A DNA stretch of 64,000 nt from Selaginella moellendorffii (lineage: Eukaryota; Plantae; Lycopodiophyta), in the NCBI RefSeq assembly GCF_000143415.4, contig NW_003314313.1, positions 18,418 to 82,417 on the forward strand, written 5' to 3'. The notes under the pieces are model-generated. The model searched no databases and was not told the origin of the DNA. It saw only the letters and a program-made list of their open reading frames with translations. Position 1 is the stretch's first letter, and every line of letters starts with the position of its first letter. This document shows, one piece after another, positions 1 through 12,549 of the stretch. The position numbers and the translations under genes are program-made.

Positions 1-45
1 TACACAAAAAATAAATACAAAATGATATTTTCCGAGTTCACGAAC

Positions 46-1562
46 CTTGAAGAATAAGGAAGTCACAGGGTAAAAGCCAGTTGCTTTTCACTCTGACCAT
101 ATCTCCAGGGACAAGAAGAGAAGCATCCACGGTAGTCCAGGACCCGCCCCGAAGTACCTCAGCGTCCGTTTTTATTTTCGTGATCTGTAAACATCAGGAC
201 TGTTACTTTTGATGGCAGAACGAAAAGAAAGTAGCCTTCTCAGATAAACCTCAGCAATCGTGTACTGGCTTCGCCTTCGTGTATAGATGGTGATCGAGGA
301 GCTTAGCAGCACAATGCAGGTCATAAGTGCTGCAACGAAGAGATAGCTGTTCCAGTACTGCAATATGTACATGATGAGCTGGTAGACGTGGAAAAAAGTG
401 AAGAGCTCGTCGCAGATACTCTGAAATAATGGCTCCGGTTCGAACGGGATTTTGTTCAAACCAACATGCTCTAAACGATTGCTGGAATCCTCGGCACTAA
501 GCCCAGTTGGAGACTGAAAGTGATATGATTTTAGCGAATGTACTTTTATTGAGTAGTAAGACGTACCTGATGAAAATCTGAGAGCAGTGCTCCTACTTGG
601 ATGCGCGCATGGGAGATTTGCGAACCATCCACGAGAACACGAAGCCCTTCAAAGAGAAAATAACGTTTCCCTGAGGCAGTCTCAAGGATATCGACAATCT
701 CAAAATGGCCCTGAGCATCTGGAGGCATAATTATATTCTGAAAAACAAAAAAAAAAAACCAGAGCTGTTTGTGTTTGTAACATATGTGAAGCTTGTGGTC
801 CGAACCTTGAAGCGACGAATGATGTAGACAAGAGCAAACGCATTCGCTGAGAGGATTTCTTCCCGGTCTCTGGCCCAAACAAAAGCGACAGTCGCTTGAG
901 ACAACGGACATGGAAGACGAAACCAGTTGTGTACCCTCCCTTTAAACAGCACCCAGGTGGTGTACCACACAACCGATAGCCACCAGACAGTGAAGAAGAC
1001 CTGGACGAGAGCAAGGGCATAGATGTGATCCTACTCCAAAGCCAAGAGCAGCAAAAGCAAAACTGCTCACCTTGGCATTCAGCTCGTAGGTTCCAAAAAT
1101 GAAATAGTTGCCAAAGAAGCAGAGATTGTCAATTCCACCAATGTCGCACTTGTTGTACGTGTCGAACAAAATGACGACATACAGTGCCAGCCAGTGCAAC
1201 GACGTCAGGCAGCACACGCAGTAGCAAAACTCGCCAAAGTAGGACCAAGTGTAGCCCGTCACAAGCAGCTCTTTTGCTTCCTCCGGCTCCAGCAGGAACT
1301 CCTGGCCTTGAAACCTTGAGGCACCTTCGCTGCCTGTGGCAGGCCTGGAAGACTTTGGAGCTTCTTCCCGTAGAAACACGGGCTTGACTGGGTTCTTTCG
1401 GATCAGCCAGAGCTTCAAGATCTGGAAAGAACAGCAGACGAGCAAGACAAATCCCCAGTAGCAAAACACCGTCACAACGGCAGGATGCGTGACCTTCGTG
1501 ATGAGCACATCACACGAAGGATCACTCACACAGCTCTTTGGACCCGATGGATATCGTCCCAT
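46..1562 (-). CDS. P5-type (probably P5B/ATP13A-like) cation-transporting P-type ATPase, 5' part; multi-exon, continues beyond window start
   Basis: ATG at 1562 in aaaaATGG context. Spliced exons read ...GLSAEDSSNRLEHVGLNKIPFEPEPLFQSICDELFTFFHVYQLIMYILQYWNSY... (P5 M1-M2 region), then WTTVDASLLVPGDMVRVKSNWLLPCDFLILQG (actuator LVPGD/LPCD). GT-AG introns. Confidence 0.85.
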
Positions 1563-2437
1563 TTTTCACGACAGACAACAACAACAACACCAGGAAGACT
1601 TGTGACCCTCGCTGGAGCTCCTCAAAGACTTGGCATCAAATATATAGGGAAATCCATTCAACGGCATCAGTCGCTGGAACAAAGCATAAAGAGGGGCGAG
1701 ACCAAGCCACAGAAAAGGAAACTCCTGATACTCGAATTCACTGTTCCAGATGCTCCACACAGGCAAATTCAATCACGCCCTTGATGCTGGTCACGGCATA
1801 TTTTCCCCACACACAGGAGACACTCCCATCATCACCCAGCCACAATCCAAAAGCAGCACAGCAATGAAATGCGAACTGCTAGATTCGCGATTCCCGATTC
1901 ACTCGTAAAGCGCAGAAAATCCAAATGCCAGTACCTGGAGCAGCACCGGCCCGCTAGCCCGGACGAGACGCGCGCCGCGAAGAACCCTATATTTCGCTCT
2001 CCCCACAGCGCGGTGGAAGACTAACTAGACCACGAGAGGGGGAGAATCTCTCATATAAAGTTATTAGAGCTTTGGTTGACGACTTTTGGCGTTTGTGCTG
2101 GCCTTCTTTGATAGCTACATCTAACATAGCGTTGTTCTTCTCATAATTGGCGATACCCACGATCACTGAAGGCGCACTTTAACATTTTCTCCTTGTCCGT
2201 TGAAAATTTTTCCCTCAATTATTTCATGGTTTGACAAGAAAGGAATGCGAAACGGGGTTCCAAAACTTTACGGATTAGAAAGATTTTGTATGTCTTTTAC
2301 TTTTTCCTTTCTTCTTTTTTTAAAATAATGCGGAAAAAGTATCTTTTCGTTTTTTGCCTTTGGCCAAGTAACATTATAGTGTACAAACATTCTGCTTTTG
2401 AAAAGCAAAAAATAAAAAACCGACAAAACAAAAGGCT

Positions 2438-2510
2438 TGGAGATGCCGGGTATCGATCCCGGTGCCTCTCGCATGCTAAGCGAGCGCTCTACCATCTGAG
2501 CTACATCCCC
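2438..2510 (-). tRNA. tRNA-Ala (anticodon AGC)
   Basis: 73 nt GGGGATGTAGCTCAGATGGTAGAGCGCTCGCTTAGCATGCGAGAGGCACCGGGATCGATACCCGGCATCTCCA. Cloverleaf with anticodon stem CTCGC/GCGAG, upstream CAA motif, downstream oligo-T Pol III terminators. Confidence 0.98.
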
Positions 2511-3051
2511 ATTTGATTTTCTTCGTATAATGGACCTAATACGCATGTCCAAATGCAGTGTCGGTCGCAATAATTAAGTAAAAAAACCTTACCAGTGACC
2601 ACCCAAACGTGGGGGCGGGCAACCAACACAGTGAATGCGGCCCAGTAGTTACGCCGATCGATCGGTAACTCTTTTTGTAACTCAAAGTAGCTTCCTTGGC
2701 AGACGTCATCCATCCAAGCCTCGAATTTTATCGAAGCCCGGATAATCTTTCTTTTCTTCTGGAATATGCCGCGGAATGGTCAGGTGGACAGATGGATGGT
2801 GCCGATGGCGCTCCCATTCCGCTACAGAATGGCGACCTTTTCTCTTGAAGCGGCTTCTTCCTCTTGTTCCAGTTCTTTCTTTCCAGCGCGGGGGTGAGTT
2901 GTCCGCAACGCCCCCCAAGATTGCCGTAATATCGATCGATCTCGCCCTATTTCCGCGGGCGCCGATCGATCCGTGCTCGCGGCCTCCTCTTGCCATGGCG
3001 GAATCCCTGGCAGGAGCGCTAGGCGCCGGTATCGATTAGGTCGCGGCAAAG

Positions 3052-5771
3052 ATGAGGGATTGGAACGGCGTGCCGATTGCCGCGGGGGGAGGAGCATCGG
3101 ATTTGCGGCAGCAGCAGCAGCAGTATGTTCTTCCTCACGAACTCCAGCAGATGCTCGCCGCAAGAAATCTGGCAGCGGTCTCCTCCAGCGCCAGCGGCGT
3201 GGGTCATTTCTTGGGAATCTCCCGGGAGCCGATGTCGCCGCCACCGCCAGTGCAAGCTCCTCCACAGCCGCAGCACCAGCAGCAGCATTTCGTGAGGGAT
3301 CATCACGCGCATCTCCAGTATCTGGCTCACAATCTCCATGCCAATCCTCCTCCTCACGACCCGCCGGCGTCTTCTTCTTTCAAGCATCTCTTGTCTTCTT
3401 GCTCCGTGGCTATGGCGAGAATTCCTAGCGATCTCGGACAGCAGCACGATCACCCCCAACGCCGGCAAGAAAGCGATCGGGGGGATCATCGTGAGGATGG
3501 CAGCGGCGAGTGGCCCAGCGACGAGGCAAGGGCCTTGATCAAGATTCGCGGGGACATGGAGTCGAGTTTCCAGAGGGGCACCCATCCCCATCTCTGGGAA
3601 GAGATCTCGAGGTATGTGGATAGCTTGCATTCATGGTTTTAGCCCTAAGATTTCGCTTGGAGCGAGCTCCTGGATTTGTGGAAGCGTTTTAGGTTTCTGG
3701 AAGGGGTGCGTGTGGTGATACACGTGAGAGGCCATCCTTTAGAGAAGTTTGTTTGTTCCTCTTTTTGGAGTTTTGCCCCTTTTTATCCGCTTGCATGAAC
3801 AAACATTCTTTCCTTTCTCCTTCTGTGGATTTTCTTTTCGTTTTTAAGTTTTCTATATCACCAGCATTGATTTGGTTTCTTCGTGAATGAACTTCTGTGC
3901 AATGACTCGTGAATTTGCTTGTGCTACTAAACACTTCTCTATATCACCCTCATTGGTCGCCCTTAAGCTTTCCTTTATCACTGGTAGTGACCTTTACTTT
4001 CTCCAGGAAACTTGGAGCCATGGGTTACATGCGGAGCGGGAAAAACTGCAAGGAGAAGTTCGAAGGCATTGTCAGCTATTTCAGAAAGACAAAAGAAGGG
4101 AACGGAGGTGAAGACACAGGCTACCGCTTCTTCGAGGAGCTAGAGGCTTTGTACGGTAGTAACAGTGGGCTTACAATGGGTGCAACAACGACGGAGTTCC
4201 ACAAGGAAGGGAACAATGGAAACCACAACCGTGACAGCGGCGTTGGAACACAGCAGCTGGCGAGTGCGTTGGCACAAGGTGTTTTAAGTAGCAGAGATCC
4301 AGAAGGTGATTGCTCGGAACAACGAGAAAATCACAACAACATTATCGATCATGCCACCACCACCACCAACAACAACAGCAACTTTGACGTGAATTCCTCG
4401 TCAGAGTCATCTGCAGAGTATGACGAGCCCGGTGGTGGAACCAGCGAGTACGGCGACCACGGAAAGAACGTGAAGAAGAGGAAGCGAAAGTCGTGGAAGG
4501 AAAGGATGGCCTTTTTCGAGAATCTAGTTAAGAAGTTTATGGAGAAGCAGGAGCAGATGCAGCAGAATTTTCTGGAGCTGCTCGAGAAGAGAGAGCAGGA
4601 GAGAATGAAGCGGGACGAGACGTGGAGGAAGCAGGAGGTGGCGAGGCTCAACCGGGAATATGAGCTCCGGGTGGAAGAACACACGAGGAGAATCAATTAC
4701 GACACGGCGCTTGCTAGTGCGCTTCAGAAGGCGACGGGTCAGGTTCTTGAAATGCCACACCAGGGACCGGTTCCTTCACCGTACTCCAACACCCTGGCCG
4801 AGAGCAACGACGATCACCACAAGGAGGTGTGTGACTCCATGAACAAAAGGTGGCCGAGAGCCGAAGTCCAAGCTTTGATCCAGCTGCGGGCCGCAATGGA
4901 GACCAAGTTCCAGGAGGTCGGTCCCAAGGGCCCGTTTTGGGAGGAGATATCAGCGGGGCTGGCGTGCCAGGGATACTCTCGAAGCGCAAAGAGGTGCAAG
5001 GAGAAGTGGGAGAACATCAACAAGTACTACCGCAAAACGAGCACCAAGAAGCGGCCCGAGAACACGAAGACGTGCCCATACTTTCAAGAGCTGGACGTGC
5101 TGTACCAGAAGGGAATTATTGGCACGCCGAGCGCGTCCACGAAGTCCGGGCAGCAAAACAATAACAGCGGCGGCAACACCGCCACCACCATCAGCAACGT
5201 CAACAACACTACCAACAACAGCAAGCAGCTGGACGAAACCACTGACGAGCTTGACGAGAGCAACAGGGACGACAGTGGTGGTGTCCAGGGCGAGGCCGAG
5301 GTGCTAAGCATAATGCCCAGCGCGGAAGCGACTCCAACCAACGCAGGAGCCTCGGCCGTCGGCGGTGGCTTGTTCTCGAGTCCCGAGAACTGCGCTCACA
5401 ACACCGAGAGTAGCAAGCTCCAGAGCAACAGCCGGAGCCACCAGAAGCGAGGGTGGATCGACAGCGCCGAGCGTCACACTGGCTCGCTCGGCTTGAGCTT
5501 CGATGCGGTACAGGGAGCGGAGCTACTTTGCGGAGGGAGCAGCACCAAGGCTCTCAAGTTCGACGGTTTCAAGAACTTGATGGATCAGAGGCAGCAGCAT
5601 TTGCTCCACCATCGCCAGCAGCAGCAGCAGCAGCGAATCCAGCAGCAAGGGCCGCCATCGCTGATGATGCAAGAGAGGCAGAGCCAGGAGTTCCAGGAAG
5701 CCGAGAGTTCGGCTACCACGAGAGGGCTGGTGGAAGGTTTTGCGCTCGTGGACGGGCTGGGAAGAAGGTGA
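3052..5771 (+). CDS. GT-2 clade trihelix transcription factor (exons 3052-3611, 4007-5771)
   Basis: Two trihelix domains: WPSDEARALIKIR...LWEEISR|KLGAMGYMRSGKNCKEKFE and RWPRAEVQALIQLR...FWEEISAGLACQGYSRSAKRCKEKWENINKYY. Central coiled coil FFENLVKKFMEKQEQMQ. The GT-AG intron falls inside the first domain. Confidence 0.95.
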
Positions 5772-6262
5772 CGAAAACAAAAACCGAGGTACTTTTGTTC
5801 TTCCAGAGGTTCTTTCCTAGCTTGTTTTTTTTTTTTTTTTTTTTCTCTCTCTTGAGCCTTCGATTCTACCAGGTTGAGAGATGAGTAGCTAAGAAGCATT
5901 CGCGGCTCCTGAAAGAAGAGAAGAGAGGATAGAAACTTTAGCTCTTTAGAGAGGTGTAAGTTATGGTAGAGAAGGGAAGAGAGAAGCTCTGGGAATTTGC
6001 GCGCGAGTAGCTATAGAGTGTGATTCTTTTCGCAAACTACAAAAGTGTGTAGAGAGAGAGATTTCCAGGAACTCGAAGAAACTTTCCTCTCGCGTCGTTT
6101 CTCGAAAGGCTTCGAGAGGTGTGCGTTCTTTTAATTCGATTGTCGGGTCCTTTCACAGCTATACATGAAACAGCAAGCTTTGTTCTTTCTTGTACTGTAA
6201 GAGATGAGATGGTGACCAGAGAGAGAAGCGCACACCACACCACACCGATCTTAAAGATCGAT

Positions 6263-8138
6263 CTAACTCACTTCGAAAACTCTGGCTGTTGTATCATCCG
6301 AGCCTGACACAATCGCCATGCCATCACTGCGTAGAAAAAAAAAGCATTTTTTTCCAGAGAAAAGAATGGAGAGTTTGGAAGTACCATGTCAATGCCATGT
6401 CCAAAATGCCGTCACTGTGACCGTGGAAGCTCTTTTGACGTGTTCCACTTCGGGGGTCCCAAGCATGGACACTGCCGTCAAGACAAGCCGTGTAGATCAT
6501 CTCGGACGAGGGCGACCAGATTATTCGATAAACATCGTCCTGTGCTCATCACGGAAGCAATTCAAAGAGAGGATTTGCAAGAAAAAAGAGAGGTTTTCTT
6601 TCTACCTGGTGGTCGCAAGTTAAGCGCACTGAGAGTGTTTGGAGGTCCCAAACAATGAGCTTCTTATCTCTTCCGCCAGTGGCCGCCAGGGACAAGCTTT
6701 GAGAAGGCCATGCCAAACTTTAGAATAAAGAAGCAAAAAAGAAAGAAAGAAAGAAACAATGCTGGCGAGCACCTGGGGGATAATGCAATGGCTTCAATGG
6801 CCTGTGTGTGGCCAGATAAAGTGCCGAGAACCTGAAAAGAAGGAATGGCGGAAGAACTAAAGCTCTGAAAGCTACAAGAGGAATAAAAGAGAGAGCTTAC
6901 TCTTCCGCTTTGGATGTTTACGAGACAAACGCTTCCATCCGCGGAGCCCGTAAGAGCAATGCTAGAATCACGGCCTACTGCGACGCACGTAACTCCTCCT
7001 CTGTGGTATGGATGCCCTGTAAGTTCAAAAACCTTTGTAAACGAGCCATCTATAAGTCACTCCCTTTGTCACCTTGGATGTTCCGGATACATTCGCCGGA
7101 CCTTGGATTCCACACTCGCAAGCTACAGTCACTGGAGCCTGTGCAAACAAGCTTTCCTGGAAACGAAAGGAAACAATGAAAGGCATCGAAAGAATCGTGT
7201 CGTGTGAGAGTGCTTTAGCTTTATACCATCTGGAGTGAAGCAGCCGCAAATCACTGATCCACTGTGACCCGTAAACACGCTCAAGCAAGCTCCACTGTCG
7301 GCATTCCACATCCACACTGAAAAGTCCTGCGATCCAGCCAGAAGTATGTGTCCCCTGGGATGCCAACAAAGCCACTGCCAAAAACCAAAGAGAAAGAACA
7401 GCTTAGCGTCTTCGAAAACTAGAAGAAAAGGTAAAGCTTTAGTACCACAATGTCTTCTCCTGGACCCTCCAGCCTGTGTTTCAAGGATCCAACTCCATCC
7501 CAAACACAGACAACGCCATCCAGTCCTCCGGAAGCGAGAAGCTTTCCATCAAAACTAAAAGCTAGCGAGGAAATGGAGTCTTTGTGCTCTGTCACAAAGA
7601 AAGAGGCAAATGATCAATAGCAACAATGATTTTTGCAAACCTTTGAGCTCTAATGGAGCGGCATCATCGCCAATTTTCCAGATGAAAATCTTGTCGTCGC
7701 CACCACCCGTGGCCACCACTCTGGACTCCACTGGGCTGCACGCAACAGCGTAGACAGACTCTACGCAAAAACATTCCTTTTACGCTCTGGATCAAGGAGA
7801 AAGAAGAACAAAAATGAAGCTTCGAATTTACCAGCATGGCCCGTGAAGATATGGATCGAATCATCAACCTCATTACCATCTTCTTCTTCTTCTTTTTCTT
7901 CTTCCTCTTCCCCATCCCCGTCCTCCTCGGCATCAGGCAAATCTATCACAAAGAGGCATTCATTCGCCTGTCCTCTTCACGAGAAATTTCTACCTTGCTC
8001 ATCGATCACAACTTCGCCATCAACATCAGCTTGGTCGATGAACACCGGAGAATCGTCGTCGCCATCGCCACCGCTTGCCTGCTGTGCCACAGTCTTTATC
8101 AACAAAACCCACGCACATCTTACCTGCTGGATCGCCAT
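6263..8138 (-). CDS. WD40-repeat protein, AAMP/Sqt1-like (multi-exon)
   Basis: Acidic N-terminus (DGDDDSPVFIDQADV..., EEDGDGEEEEE...DDSIHIFTGH) followed by WD40 exons (WLCWHPRGHILLAGSQDFSVWMWNA, VFTGHSGSV, GSDDTTARVFEVS*). Confidence 0.88.
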
Positions 8139-8146
8139 AGCTTTCC

Positions 8147-8187
8147 TAGGGTTTAAAACTTACATTAGGGTTTCCTCGTAAACCCTA
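8147..8187. promoter_or_regulatory. Cluster of three telo-boxes (AAACCCTA/TAGGGTTT)
   Basis: TAGGGTTT 8147-8154 and 8166-8173, AAACCCTA 8180-8187, directly upstream of the WD40 ATG. Confidence 0.7.
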
Positions 8188-9515
8188 AAATCACAAAAAA
8201 AGAGATTTCCTTACACTTTGATGCATCTTTGGGACGGGGATCACAGACGTCCAGCAAAGACATCACTTTCTCGTTTTTGGTAGAAGCAAATGCCCGCACC
8301 TCTTGCTTGTTAAAATGGTCTGTGAAGTGAACAAAGTCGAAGTAAACGTGCTCCTGAGGGTTTGCGCAAGGAATCTGTCCCCCACACGGAACACTCGCGT
8401 TGTATGCATCCTTGCCACCCCCGCAACAAGCTACATGTGTGATATCCCTATCAAATCCTGCGACAGAAATCTCCATGCATTTGTAGGGAGAAAAACTCGG
8501 AGACAACTTGAGAACAACTTTGAACTTTGAACTACCATATTTTATCGGGTCTCTGAGCACGTCATAGGAATTTGTAGCGATTCAAGACGAAGATCCTCAC
8601 GCTTGAATGTGGCTTGTTATACAGCGCCAGCAAAGCAGCTTCCAGCATCGAGTTGTGCCTCTTGACAACTTCTCCAATCGCCTTAACGCACCCAAACTCG
8701 TCCAGATCCTCGGCCGGATGTCTCAAGCGATAGTCTGGTGTGGCTGTGGCACGTTGAGAACAATCACCGTTCTAATCCCTTCGGAAACCAAGAGCTGCAA
8801 AACATGATAAATATTGTTAACTTCAAAAGATTTTCCGATCTCAAGCGCTCGCCACCTTTACTGTGTCGACCACCTTGCGCACCACATCCGGGACCGTCTC
8901 CATGATGCTTGATACGCTTCGATTCCTGTCGTCTTGAATATTGTAGTCATTTCCACCTCCACCAACAAGAGCAGCAACACGACCAGACTTTCTAGGATCA
9001 CATCTCTCCCTTTTTGAGCGAAACCACCGGATCTCGTTGTCGAAGGATACTTTCACTAGGACTGGCACGTCCCTTTCCTGGAAATACTCGATTCCCAGAG
9101 CAGTGGCACCAGCGTAGGCGAAGTTTGTTGTGCAATCACAAGACAATGGGAGCATTGAGCGTTAAAGATCAAACAGACTAGCTATAGGAATCAGAAAACC
9201 ATGACAAGAGTTATTCATCACCTTAAAATATGGTGGAAGCTTTACCAAAGTAATCTGTGATGACTCCTCCCTTTGAGAATCGGCCCTTGGTGATAAGGGT
9301 GGAATTAAAAGAGAGGTGCTCTTTGCCAAGTTTCCCATGTCTTCAAGGGAGTCCCCGAAAACATAGATTTTCTCGAAGCACGGCTGCTTAGGGAGAGGCA
9401 GAGAGACGCTCATGAGGGGCGTGCAAACATCAGCTGAGCCATTAGTACATGACGTCGTTTGTGAAGTGGAGAGCTTTGCCGTGAGAAGATTTACTAAAAC
9501 GAGAGCTCTAGGCAT
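8165..9515 (-). pseudogene. GDSL esterase/lipase pseudogene (tandem paralog of 9710-10995)
   Basis: FGDSLEDMGN, AYAGAT, GGNDY and DFVH blocks are present. Alignment to the neighbouring copy shows frameshifting deletions of about 25 nt (~9295), 7 nt (~8745) and 2 nt (~8567). Confidence 0.85.
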
Positions 9516-9709
9516 TTTTGCAAGAAATGCTTCACCAATGAATCTCTTTCCTATGTAAAGGAGTTTATTCCTGGATTAGGCAGATCAACATGCAGTAGTC
9601 TTCTATATATTGACAATGAACTGATTTGAGATAGAAAAGTATATATTTTTCATCAATTAGATTAATCTTGGCGTTTTCAATCGCTATGAATATTATGCTT
9701 TGCATGTAT

Positions 9710-10995
9710 TCATTTCATGTGTACACACACATCCAGCAAAGATGTTTGCTTGTAATGATTTGAGATGATATATTCTTCGGTGAGTGAAAATGCCTGTATC
9801 TCCTGCTTGTTAAAACGGTCAGTGAAGTGGACAAAGTCGAAGTAGACATGCTCTTGAGGATTCTCGCAAGGAAGTTGTCCTCCGCATACAACACTCGCAT
9901 TGAATTCATCTCCACCTCCACAGCAGGCTACATGTGTGATATCAGGAAGAAACCCTGTAAAAGATATGAAGAAACTCTGTCGTTTAACTCAAACTCCCAT
10001 ACCATATTTCATTGGGTCTCTGAGCACGTCATTGAGAAATTTGTATCGATTCAAGATGAAGATCCTCGCAGCTGAATATTGTGTCATGTAGAGATCCAGC
10101 AACGTAGCTTCCAGCAATGAGTTGTGCCTCTTGACAACTTCTCCGATCGCCTTGACGCATCCAAACTCGTCCAAGGCCTCGTCACGGTGCCGGAAGCGAT
10201 AGGCTGGAGTGCATGCTGTCTGTGGCACGTTGAAAACCATCACCGTTTCCACACCTTTATACACCAAGTACTACAAAATCACATGTTCACCAAGGATCAC
10301 CTCAAAATTTAAAGCTCGTCACCTTTACAGTGTCCACCACCTTACGCACCACGTCCGGGACAGTCCTCATAATCTCGGACAGTGATCTATTGGCACCATC
10401 TTGGATGTTGTAGTCATTTCCACCTCCGCCAACGAGAGCAGCGACGCGAGCGGACTTTCCGGATTCACATCTCTCTGTGTACGAGTTAAACCACCGGGTC
10501 TCGTTGTCGAAGGATACGTTAACTATGGTGCGTAGGTTCCTGCTTTGAAAGTACTGGATTTCCAACGCAGTGGCACCAGCATACGCGAAATTTGTTGTAC
10601 AGCCACAATCCGAGGGAAGTACCGATAATTGAAGATCAAACAAACTAGCTAAACATTGACAAGTTAGAATTGAACACCAATAGGCCCAAAACGCTACCGA
10701 AGTAGTCTGTGATGATCCCCCCATTTGAGAATCGGCCCTTGGGGCACCCAGGATTTGTAATACCATATGGAAAGGGTGGGAGAAAAAGAGAGGTATCCCT
10801 TGCCAAATTTCCCATGTCTTCGAGTGAATTCCCAAAAACATAGAGTTTCTCAAAGCATGACTGCTTGGGAAGGGGTAGAGAGACACACAGAGGGGAGCAA
10901 ACATCACCGTTACATTGTATTTCCTGTGCGGTGGGGAGCTTTACTGTGAAAATCCCCAGAAGAATCAATGCAAAAGCTTGAAAAACTCCAGGCAT
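9710..10995 (-). CDS. GDSL/SGNH esterase-lipase, secreted (4 exons)
   Basis: Signal peptide, FGNSLEDMGN, PYG...GRFSNG, NFAYAGAT, GGNDY, ACCG, YFDFVHF. The spliced frame ends ...SLLDVCVHMK* at 9710. Confidence 0.9.
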
Positions 10996-11177
10996 TCTAG
11001 CTGCTGATTTAAGAGTCTAGTCTGATCTGCGTTTATATGAAAAGGAGTCAAGTTTCAGAATTAAGTCAACATAGAGTTGCGTTTCACAAGTCACAGGCAT
11101 AAATCTTGCCAGTTTAACTCTTGAAGGAATCTAACCAAATAGCGTGACTTGAGTTTTCGTGCCATAAAAGTTTGCGT

Positions 11178-11620
11178 GGCCATCAACGCAATATTCCAGG
11201 AACTTCACCGAGTTCAAGTGATTCGTCCTTGATAGCAAGTGGTTTGTGCTTGTTTCCCCTGTAAACGCGTCCATCATCGATTTCTTCCAGCTCCTTGAAA
11301 ATTATCGCCTTGGCATGAAGTCCTGGAGAGACGCTTCCTCTTCTTATCACATGGCTCGCCACCTCAGAGGATTCCTGGAGATGCCAAAGTTGGCAGCAGC
11401 ACAACAGAGTTACTCGAAGAACCTGTTTGCTTTCAATGCGTTTTTAGATCTTTCCACCTGATAAGGGCCTTGTACACACCCGTTTTCATAAACTACATGG
11501 GCTCTGCGAAAAGCATGACCCCGTCTTGAAGAATGCGGCCGTGCATCATTTGTGCTGCAAATCTCAAACGTGTGAAGCAAGCAGCTAAAGTTGCTCGAGA
11601 GCTTGTTGGCAGCATACTCA
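11178..11620 (-). pseudogene. Heavily deleted relic of an S-domain RLK (ectodomain to start of kinase)
   Basis: Fragments YAANKLSSNFSCLL, SLQDFMPRR*, KELEEI..VYRG and SRTNHLNSVKFLEYCVDG match the RLK at 14590-17223 (YAAFNLSSNFSCFL, SLRDCMPRRFTYKELEQI, ARTNHLNLVKFIGFCAEG). Confidence 0.75.
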
Positions 11621-12120
11621 ATCCTCCGTGTCGTTCCAAGCACGGGGCAATGGTCCCCGAGTTGAAGTAGAGAACGAGGTGACATTCTTGGCAATATAAT
11701 CCTGGGTTGCTATTACCCAGCTTACGCGAGGCGCTGCTTAGATGCGTGAAAACAATTACGGATCCCAGTATCCCCGGGGATAACTAGGGAGAGTCTCGAG
11801 GGGTTAGAACAGCAGCCACTAACATTGCTGCACCTGGGCGGGAGTGTAAATGCTCCAGAAATGGCGGGAGCGCTAATCGTGATCAAAACATCATAAAGAG
11901 TGCCATTCAGAGCTTAAAGGCATACATGACTGACTTTTACTAATTTCAATGAGGCTTTCTATGGTTTTTGCTTGTGGCTTGGGCCTGTGAGTTAGAAGTT
12001 TCTGACAGCATTCTTGAAGAAAAGCTAGACAACGCTGGTGGATCTGTGTTGGAATCATGGAGATGCTGATGGGTAAAAATGTACAGTAAATTTTGCCATC
12101 CGATGCTATGCCACCTCGCA

Positions 12121-12425
12121 ATTAGTTTGGACAGCCCAAAGTCTGCAATCTTTGGCACGAATCCGACGTCTACGAGAATGTTCTCCAGCTTGAGATCCAG
12201 GTGAATGATTTTATTGGCACACTCCTCGTGCAAGTAACACAATCCTTGAGCTGTGCCAACAGCAATCCGGAACTTGAAGACAAGCCACCCAATCCATCCT
12301 ATTGTTGAGAAGAACTATCATTGCCAAAGATCCATTTCTCTAGAGAGCCATTTGGCACAAACTCATAAATGGGCAAGCGTTTCCTTGGGCAAAATCCTAT
12401 GAACTTCACCAGGTTCAAGTGATTC
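12121..12425 (-). pseudogene. Kinase-domain fragment duplicated from the SD-2 RLK
   Basis: Close DNA match to ~15144-15475. Reads GTAQGLCYLHEECANKIIHLDLKLENILVDVGFVPKIADFGLSKL with deletions, truncated at both ends. Confidence 0.88.
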
Positions 12426-12549
12426 AATGCAAAGTTGACAACTTTAGCAATGCTTGCTAATTAGAAAAATGATTAACAAAATGATTAAAATATTGCATTT
12501 AATTGAGGAAGTGTTTCACATTTTTAGAGTATCAAACTTTAACATATAA

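Noticed and set aside
2268-2570. 100-aa ORF spanning the tRNA
   Set aside because: Incidental translation of the tRNA-Ala gene.
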